Under the pieces are notes generated by a model. That model was not told where the DNA came from. It made no database searches and saw only the letters and a list, made by a program, of their open reading frames with translations. Of a DNA stretch of 32,000 nt, positions 9,475 to 15,219 are shown one piece after another. Each line of letters starts with the position of its first letter. The first letter of the stretch is position 1. A program made the translations under genes and the position numbers. Source of the stretch: Candidatus Aminicenantes bacterium (lineage in GTDB: Bacteria > Acidobacteriota > Aminicenantia > Aminicenantales > UBA4085); the NCBI GenBank assembly GCA_017883285.1, contig JADGNV010000147.1, positions 1-32,000 on the forward strand, given 5' to 3'.

Positions 9475-9520
9475 GCGGCCGGACCCACCCCGCCGTTGAC
9501 GAAGGGCGTTGCCCTGGAAT

Positions 9521-10645
9521 TCAATCCCGACTTCGAATTCGATAAACCGCCAAGGCCGCGACGACGATGGCGATGTAGGCGAGGGCCAGGACCGCGGTGA
9601 ACGCAGACGGCCGGGCGGCCGGGGCAAACAGGAGCCCCTCTCCGGGCCGAGGCAGCGGGACGGGATCCCAGGGAAGACCGTAGCGGTCGGCGAGGCCTTT
9701 GACATAGAGAAGGTGGATGACTGGAATGCGGCGGGAGGTCATCTCCTGGATCACGCCCCGCTTTTCGGGGGCCGGGACGGCCGGAGGCGATTCGGCGAAC
9801 CCGGGCTTCATCTCGAGCACGCGCGAATCGGTTCCCATGTTCGCCCAGCTTCCGCCGACGTTGACGAACGCCTTGATCGAGCTGGTGCCGGCGCCTTCCC
9901 GATAGAAGGCCATCCGTCGGCGGACATTCGCGGCGAGGTCGGGCTCGCGGAGAAACGGCAGTCCCGAGGCCTCGATCTTGCCGGCGAGGAGCTCCCGGCC
10001 CTCGGCGGACATGTCGGACCCGTCGTCGTTTTCTCCGCCGACGGCCAGGGCGACCGGCCGGACGTCGAGCACCCCGCCGCGGCGCAGGCAGTCCAAGATC
10101 TCGAGGCCGGTGAAGGCCGGATCGTTGGCGCCCCAGTTGGAAGCCCCCAGAGACAGGATCAGGACGGGCTTGGCCTCGAGGGCCCGGATCGCCGCGAGCG
10201 TTGCGACCCCCAAGGCCGGAAACGACCCCGAGGCCCCGACCGCGACCGGGTCGCCCCGGCCGACGCCCGCTTCTTTCAGCATGCGGACGACGGCCGCCGC
10301 GAAGTTGGGGTTCGTCGACGTCCGCTTGGCCTCGAGATGGCCGGGGGACGTCGTGATCGGCGAGGACTCGAGGCCGATGAATCCGGTCCGGTTCACGTCG
10401 GACCGCGGATCGATGCCGGCGGGCCGGCTCTCCGCGCATTCGTGGACGGCGCGGATCGCGTCGTCCATGATCCTGGCGGCCCGGAGCATATCGGGGTCGG
10501 GACCGGAGCTCGAGGACACGGGGATGAGCCTGGACGCGGCGAAGAAGGCGAGGCTCAGGAGGGCGAGGGACACGAGGAACCGGGTGGAATGAACGGCGGC
10601 GCCGGGAATCGGTCGGGCGGGGCGCCAAGATTTCGGGCCGGTCAT
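9521..10645 (-). CDS. poly-gamma-glutamate system accessory protein (TIGR04332-like, in the position of CapA/PgsA)
   Basis: Start MTGPKSW (ATG 10645..10643) overlaps the pgsC stop by 1 nt (TGATGA context). N-terminal TM, operon position after pgsB-pgsC. Confidence 0.6.
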   Translation of the reverse strand: MTGPKSWRPARPIPGAAVHSTRFLVSLALLSLAFFAASRLIPVSSSSGPDPDMLRAARIMDDAIRAVHECAESRPAGIDPRSDVNRTGFIGLESSPITTSPGHLEAKRTSTNPNFAAAVVRMLKEAGVGRGDPVAVGASGSFPALGVATLAAIRALEAKPVLILSLGASNWGANDPAFTGLEILDCLRRGGVLDVRPVALAVGGENDDGSDMSAEGRELLAGKIEASGLPFLREPDLAANVRRRMAFYREGAGTSSIKAFVNVGGSWANMGTDSRVLEMKPGFAESPPAVPAPEKRGVIQEMTSRRIPVIHLLYVKGLADRYGLPWDPVPLPRPGEGLLFAPAARPSAFTAVLALAYIAIVVAALAVYRIRSRD

Positions 10646-11070
10646 CAGAGGATGAGTTTCGCCAGGAAATACGTCAGCACGGCCGCCGTGGCCAGGGAAG
10701 CCAGCGTCGGCACGATCTTTTGGCGCTCGAGGTTGTTGGCCAGCAGGCCGGGGATGATCCAGCCGACGACCCGGAGGTCCAACGATGCCGTCCCGAGGTA
10801 AGGCCAGACCCAGGCCCAAAGCTGTCCGAACAGTCCCCCGAGAAGGAGGAGGAGAACGAAGCGGCGCCGCCCGAATAGCAGGAACCAGCGGGCCAGGATC
10901 CTGAAGCAGGCCAGACTGAGGAGCGCGGCCAGGACCGTGGCCAGGACGCGGAGGGGTTGGTCGAGGTAGAGGGCGGCGAAAGCGGGGACGATGATCCCCC
11001 CGGGCAGGAGGCCGGTGAGCTCGGTATAGAGGAGAGCGACGGCGACGCCGATGATGACCGTGCCGACCAT
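10645..11070 (-). CDS. pgsC: poly-gamma-glutamate biosynthesis membrane protein PgsC/CapC
   Basis: 141 aa, MVGTVIIGVAVALLYTELTGLLPGGIIVPAF...GWIIPGLLANNLERQ closely parallels Bacillus PgsC. Its start overlaps the pgsB stop by 1 nt (shared base 11070). Confidence 0.85.
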   Translation of the reverse strand: MVGTVIIGVAVALLYTELTGLLPGGIIVPAFAALYLDQPLRVLATVLAALLSLACFRILARWFLLFGRRRFVLLLLLGGLFGQLWAWVWPYLGTASLDLRVVGWIIPGLLANNLERQKIVPTLASLATAAVLTYFLAKLIL

Positions 11071-12296
11071 CAGAGGCTTGCTCCCGTCTGGGACCAATGT
11101 TCGACGAGGGCGCCGCCCGGCCCGCCCATGTTGCCGAGGCCCACAACCAGGCTCTCTTCGTAAACCAAAGCGCGGAGGCGGGACATGATCCCGTCCGGGT
11201 CGCGTTCGATAAGGCAGACGGCGGGGACCTTCGTCAGCTTCCCGGCCCGCGCCAGCCGGGAGAGGGCGCGGGCGTGGTCGCCGATGAAGACGAGCCGCTC
11301 GAAGGAATCGAAAAAGCCGTCCTGGATGGCGCGGAGCCACTGCAGCGTCCGGTCACCGCGGTCGGAGCGCAGGTTGAGGAGCCCGACGGTCTTCGCCGGG
11401 AGGCCGGGATGGCGCCGCCGGAGGGCGGCGAGGACGAGGGCCGAGGACTCGGGATCGTTGGCCGCGAAGGCGCTGACCAGGAAGAGGGCGGCGCGGCCCT
11501 TGGTGGCCGGAGTCCGCCAGACCCGGAGGCTTCCAAAATCCGGGCGGGCTTTTGCCAGCCCGGAAGCGATGACGGGTGGGGCGATGCCGAGGGATGCGGC
11601 GGCGGATTCAACCAGCCGGAGATTGTCCGGGAATTCGGTGCCGGTTTCCGGCCCTGTCGTCATCGTCGGCGTGCCGGCGATGATGGCGGCGGCGTCATAA
11701 TCTACCTTGACCATTTCCGAGCCGCGGGCGCGGGAGGTCGCGGCGAAAACGGGATAGGCTTCGTTTTCGGGGACGAACACCCTGGCCCCGGACGGAATGG
11801 CTTCAGCGAGAGTTGCGGCGATCGCCTCCTTGGTGCTCCCCATGTCGTCCAGGTGGTCGAGCCGGACGTTCGTGACGAGAAGCAGGACGGGACGGAAGAT
11901 CGCGTTCGCCTCGGCCCTGAGGCTCTCGCCGCGGATGCTCATCATCTCGACGACGATCGCATCCGCGCGCAGCCGAGAGGCCCGCCGGAGGACGCCTTTC
12001 TGCTCGAGGATCGAGGGCCGCCCGCGGCGGACGATCTCGCACTCGGAGCCGTCGGGAAGGATCAGGACGGGCATCGATCCGGTCGTCTTGGCCAGGACCC
12101 GATATCCCGCTTCACGCAGGACGGCGGCCAGGAGGCGGGTGACCGTCGATTTTCCCCGGGTTCCGGTGACGCAGATCCGGAGGGGAACCGCCCGCCGCCA
12201 TTTTGCGAGGGCGATTTTTTCTACTGTATAATAGAGAATCAGCACGGCCAGGCAGACCGCCGAGGCCAAAAGAATCCGTCCGGAAGCGATCTCCAC
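11070..12296 (-). CDS. pgsB: poly-gamma-glutamate synthase PgsB/CapB (Mur-ligase-like)
   Basis: GTG start 12296..12294 with GAGGAGG upstream. P-loop VTGTRGKSTVTRL, plus FPDN and FAANDP motifs as in Bacillus PgsB. Confidence 0.9.
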   Translation of the reverse strand: MEIASGRILLASAVCLAVLILYYTVEKIALAKWRRAVPLRICVTGTRGKSTVTRLLAAVLREAGYRVLAKTTGSMPVLILPDGSECEIVRRGRPSILEQKGVLRRASRLRADAIVVEMMSIRGESLRAEANAIFRPVLLLVTNVRLDHLDDMGSTKEAIAATLAEAIPSGARVFVPENEAYPVFAATSRARGSEMVKVDYDAAAIIAGTPTMTTGPETGTEFPDNLRLVESAAASLGIAPPVIASGLAKARPDFGSLRVWRTPATKGRAALFLVSAFAANDPESSALVLAALRRRHPGLPAKTVGLLNLRSDRGDRTLQWLRAIQDGFFDSFERLVFIGDHARALSRLARAGKLTKVPAVCLIERDPDGIMSRLRALVYEESLVVGLGNMGGPGGALVEHWSQTGASL

Positions 12297-12354
12297 GCGT
12301 GTCCTCCTCGCCCGACAATTCTATAACAATTGAAAGACAAAGGGGACACTTGAA

Positions 12355-13527
12355 TTGCCCTTCTCCGGTGAAGATAATGGGTTCGCCGTGAAATGGCCCG
12401 GACCCGACGGGACCTTCAGCGAGCCGCCGGCCAAGCCCGAGGACACACCTATCGTCGTCTACAAAGGTGCGCCCGTCGCCGCCGCCTGGAAGGAGACGGC
12501 AGACTATTACCGGATCGAAAGCGGGACGTGCGTCCTCCGCGTCTACAAGTGTTGGTATTTCTACGGCCCCTCGCTCAAGAAGATCCTCGAAGGCTACACC
12601 CTGGTCACCGGCCGGCCGTTCTTCCCGCCCCGCTGGGGGCTGGAGTTCGGCGACGCCGACTGCTACAACAAGAAGGGCAAGACCCCCGACGTCATCGCCA
12701 AGGTCGCCGACGTCTACCGGGCGAACGACATGCCGGGCGGCTGGATCCTGCCCAACGACGGCTATGGCTGCGGCTATACCGACCTCGATTACACGGTCCA
12801 GGAGCTCCACAAGCGCGGCTTCTACACCGGCCTCTGGACCGAGAAGGGCCTCGACCGGATCGCGAACGAAGTCGGTAAGATCGGCACCCGGGTCATGAAG
12901 CTCGACGTGGCCTGGGTTGGCCCCGGATATCAGTTCGCCATGAACGGCATGCGGGACGCCTACGAGGGCATCGAGAAGAACAGCGACGCCCGCGGATTCG
13001 TGCTGCCCGTCTTCGTCAAGGCCAGGGCCATCATCCCCATGTATCCCGAGATGCTCCACGACCGGGAGAAGCCGAAAGACCCCGTGACCTTCGACATCTA
13101 TCCCTCGGGAAGATCGAGCTTCACTCTTTACGAGGACGACGGCGTAACGCAGGACTACCGGGCGGGGATGTATGCCCGGACGCTCGTCGAGGTCGACGCG
13201 CCGAAAACCATCGACGCGCCCCCGCCGCCGGTCGCGGCGGCGGCTACGACGGCCGGCCCCCAGATCGCGGTCAAGGTCGGCCCGGCCAAGGGGAAATACC
13301 GGGACATGCCCGCCGCGCGATCGTATGTCGTCGACGTCCACCTGCCCGTCCGGCCGGCCGGCGTCAAGCTCAACGACAAAGCGCTCCCCGGCCTGGACAA
13401 GAAAGAAGAATTCGATAAGGCCGCCGAAGGCTGGTACTTCGACGCCCGGGACCGCCGCGGCGTCCTCCATGTCAAGACAAAAGCCCTCCCCCGGGCCAGC
13501 GTCTTCACGGTGAGGATCGGCCTGTAG
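12355..13527 (+). CDS. glycoside hydrolase family 31 remnant (N-terminally truncated, with a large internal in-frame deletion; probably non-functional)
   Basis: YFYGPSLKKILEGYTLVTGRPFFPPRWGLEF and VMKLDVAWVG (nucleophile region) are followed almost directly by PVFVKARAIIPMYPE...LYEDDGVTQDY (C-terminal GH31 motifs). Length is 390 aa, against roughly 700-800 aa typical. TTG start. Confidence 0.7.
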   Translation: MPFSGEDNGFAVKWPGPDGTFSEPPAKPEDTPIVVYKGAPVAAAWKETADYYRIESGTCVLRVYKCWYFYGPSLKKILEGYTLVTGRPFFPPRWGLEFGDADCYNKKGKTPDVIAKVADVYRANDMPGGWILPNDGYGCGYTDLDYTVQELHKRGFYTGLWTEKGLDRIANEVGKIGTRVMKLDVAWVGPGYQFAMNGMRDAYEGIEKNSDARGFVLPVFVKARAIIPMYPEMLHDREKPKDPVTFDIYPSGRSSFTLYEDDGVTQDYRAGMYARTLVEVDAPKTIDAPPPPVAAAATTAGPQIAVKVGPAKGKYRDMPAARSYVVDVHLPVRPAGVKLNDKALPGLDKKEEFDKAAEGWYFDARDRRGVLHVKTKALPRASVFTVRIGL

Positions 13528-13568
13528 CGCGGCGTTCTCCGACGTCCCCGATTTCCTTGACGGGAGTC
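13472..13568 (+). repeat. copy 1 of a ~100-bp diverged direct repeat (GH31 3' end + stop + downstream -35-like box), paired with 31490..31592
   Basis: TCAAGAC...TTCACGGTGAGGATC..TGTAGC...ATTTCCTTGAC is shared with 31490-31592. By-eye alignment is roughly four-fifths identical over the first ~60 nt, with indels after the stop codon. Confidence 0.6.
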
Positions 13569-13583
13569 GGTTCGATTATTGCG

Positions 13584-13754
13584 TCTTCGTGGCGTCTAGA
13601 GAAGATGATCCGGCCGCTTCTCTCGTTGGATCGGCTGTCATTCCTGGAGCCCGAGGGCAAGGTCGGTTATCGCAGGGTGCGGGGCGGCGCGGAGCAGGAG
13701 TCTATCGCCTCTCAGACGGTGCGGGAGGTTTTTTGTCCCCACGTACCCTCGAGA
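13584..13754 (+). pseudogene. internal fragment of an IS91-family (Y2/HUH-type) transposase
   Basis: Translation SWRLEKMIRPLLSLDRLSFLEPEGKVGYRR...FCPHVPSR resembles the conserved ..RPxxSxxRLxY..GKVxY...HIPxKG.. region of this transposase family, as recalled. No N-terminal or catalytic part is present. Confidence 0.4.
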
Positions 13755-13766
13755 ACCGCTTTTCAT

Positions 13767-13786
13767 GGCTCTGCGTGGCTCTGCGT
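13767..13786 (+). repeat. perfect tandem duplication GGCTCTGCGT x2 abutting repeat copy A
   Basis: 13767-13776 is identical to 13777-13786. Confidence 0.9.
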
Positions 13787-13897
13787 GACTATTGACACGG
13801 CCATGCGGCCGGCCATATGCTTTCGGCATGGAGGGGCGGGCAGATTCATCGCCGCGAGGGGGAATTCGCCGTATCGCCGAAAAAGGAAATTCTTATC
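13787..13897 (+). repeat. copy A of a ~111-bp imperfect direct repeat (partner 23160..23271)
   Basis: GACTATTGACACGGCCATGCGGCCGGCCATA..CTT.CGGCATGGAGG...CATCGCCGCGAGGGGGAATTC.CC.TATCGC.GAAAAAGGAAA..C.TATC is shared between the copies. The first 31 nt are identical. Contains TTGACA-N18-TATGCT. Confidence 0.85.
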
Positions 13898-14441
13898 CAC
13901 TGATGCAAGAGATTATCTGCCAGATTTGGATGCAATCAGAAATCTAATTTTTTGGTATCTCTCCGACTTCGGGTCAGGGCCTCAAATTTCAAGAAAAGAG
14001 GCTGAAAAGTTATTGGATGACGGCTTAACAACAGTTGGCAAAAAGGGGAAAACCATTTTTATCTCATATGCAAGAGAGGGTGAGAAAAAAGCAGTTGAGG
14101 TATATGATGCACTCATTGATAGAGGGCATATTCCATGGATGGACAAAAAAGCGCTAGTCGCAGGACAGGATTGGAAACTTAAAATACGTAAAGCTATTGA
14201 ACCGTCACAGTATTTTATCGCATTAATGTCCGAACAGTCTGTGACCAAAAGGGGCTTTGTCCAAAAAGAACTTCGTTTTGCTCTAAATGTTCTCGGGGAG
14301 ATTCCTCCTGGCCAAATATATTTTATACCTGTGCGCCTTGAAGACTGTGATGTCCCAGATGCTATAAGGAGTTCGCATTGGGTCGATTTACGGAGAATAG
14401 ATGATTATGAGCAGCTATTTCGAGCAGTTGAGTATGAATAG
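13803..14441 (+). CDS. TIR-domain protein (start uncertain: ATG 13803, TTG 13926 or TTG 14013)
   Basis: The C-terminal ~140 aa, KTIFISYAREGEKKAVEVYDAL...WMDKKALVAGQDW...FVQKELRFAL...IPVRLEDC, fits a bacterial TIR domain including the conserved Glu (14268-14270). The ORF is open back to 13557 through GC-rich repeat DNA. Confidence 0.8.
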   Translation: MRPAICFRHGGAGRFIAARGNSPYRRKRKFLSTDARDYLPDLDAIRNLIFWYLSDFGSGPQISRKEAEKLLDDGLTTVGKKGKTIFISYAREGEKKAVEVYDALIDRGHIPWMDKKALVAGQDWKLKIRKAIEPSQYFIALMSEQSVTKRGFVQKELRFALNVLGEIPPGQIYFIPVRLEDCDVPDAIRSSHWVDLRRIDDYEQLFRAVEYE

Positions 14442-14522
14442 ATCAAACAATGACATAACCATTTTCTGCACCTGACCGGTGTTCCGCTGCGCTCCACACC
14501 AGCTAGGTGAGAAATACGTTAG

Positions 14523-15113
14523 ATGACGAGAGGTTGTGCTCCCATGCTGATTGACGAGTTCCAAAGAATAAAGACATCTCATCAAGAAGCGCTAAAGAAG
14601 ACGGCTGCTCGCGTAGTGCTTGGCCCTTCCGTCATGCGGGTGTTTGCAGCTGGGACCCGAGACGCCCTCTTGCCCGTATTGGCCGATGTCAAAATAGAGG
14701 CCATTCGTCAAATCTGGACCCAAGAGGATTTCTCGGTTTGGTTCGACGCAAACGTCGAAGGTGTCGTGCGGGTGATCTCCCGGAAAAATCGTGACAACCC
14801 CCGGATTTCGCCCGGAACGAAGTGGGGCCATTCCACCAAGATCATGGCGCTCTTGATCCGGGAGTTGGTTCTCAACTCAAGGTACTTCACTGACACAGAG
14901 GTCGAGCGGGTGAGCTCGTTTCTATATGTGCCCATTGACCGGATCGTCATGGAACGGCTGCGAAAGCTCAAGATCAATCTGCCCTTCTCGAGAATCCGGG
15001 AGATCGACACGAGGGCAAAGTTCTATGAAGTTCAAGAGATATTGGGACGTGCGGCGGCTGAATGTGGTGTGCCCAGGGTGTGGTTTGACGACAACTGGGG
15101 TGACCGGCAGTGA
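14523..15113 (+). CDS. hypothetical protein (196 aa), no recognisable domain
   Basis: Clean ORF with coding-like composition. Alternative start ATG 14544 (MLIDEF). Conserved-looking patches are KWGHSTKIMALLIRELV, YVPIDRIVMERL and VWFDDNWG. Confidence 0.6.
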   Translation: MTRGCAPMLIDEFQRIKTSHQEALKKTAARVVLGPSVMRVFAAGTRDALLPVLADVKIEAIRQIWTQEDFSVWFDANVEGVVRVISRKNRDNPRISPGTKWGHSTKIMALLIRELVLNSRYFTDTEVERVSSFLYVPIDRIVMERLRKLKINLPFSRIREIDTRAKFYEVQEILGRAAAECGVPRVWFDDNWGDRQ

Positions 15114-15219
15114 TAAAATCGTCATCTAACCCGCGCTTCCAGGCGACCGCCAACCAGCGGTGCTTCGCTTGCTGGTCGTTGGCCCCTAATGCTCCACGTT
15201 GGGCGTCTGAATAACGCTC

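Noticed and set aside
6850-9705. 951-aa minus-strand ORF, the longest of many long ORFs in the track
   Set aside because: It runs antisense to two well-supported plus-strand genes (DUF1015, SH3/beta-barrel). Its translation is Arg/Gly/Pro/Asp-rich low complexity with no motifs, which is typical of stop-codon-poor alternative frames in GC-rich DNA. The same reasoning applies to 1388..3085(+), 5599..6807(-), 6957..9101(+), 9471..10628(-), 9509..10801(+), 11097..12326(+) and 12112..13470(-).
13569-13577. GGTTCGATT string suggesting a tRNA T-loop at the left island border
   Set aside because: The flanking bases cannot form a T-stem (GTCGG would need CCGAC downstream, and ATTGC is observed). It is judged a chance match, unlike the fragment at 21110-21133.
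13767-13897. Possible CRISPR or other arrayed repeat
   Set aside because: There is only a single 10-bp tandem duplication plus one copy of the 111-bp element here. No regularly spaced repeat-spacer structure exists anywhere in the window.
15151-15183. Imperfect hairpin (CCAACCAGC...GCTGGTCGTTGG) between the 196-aa gene and the Type IIG gene as a terminator
   Set aside because: The stem has a 3-nt bulge and no T-tract, and it cannot be distinguished from chance in GC-rich DNA. It is therefore not used to split the putative operon.
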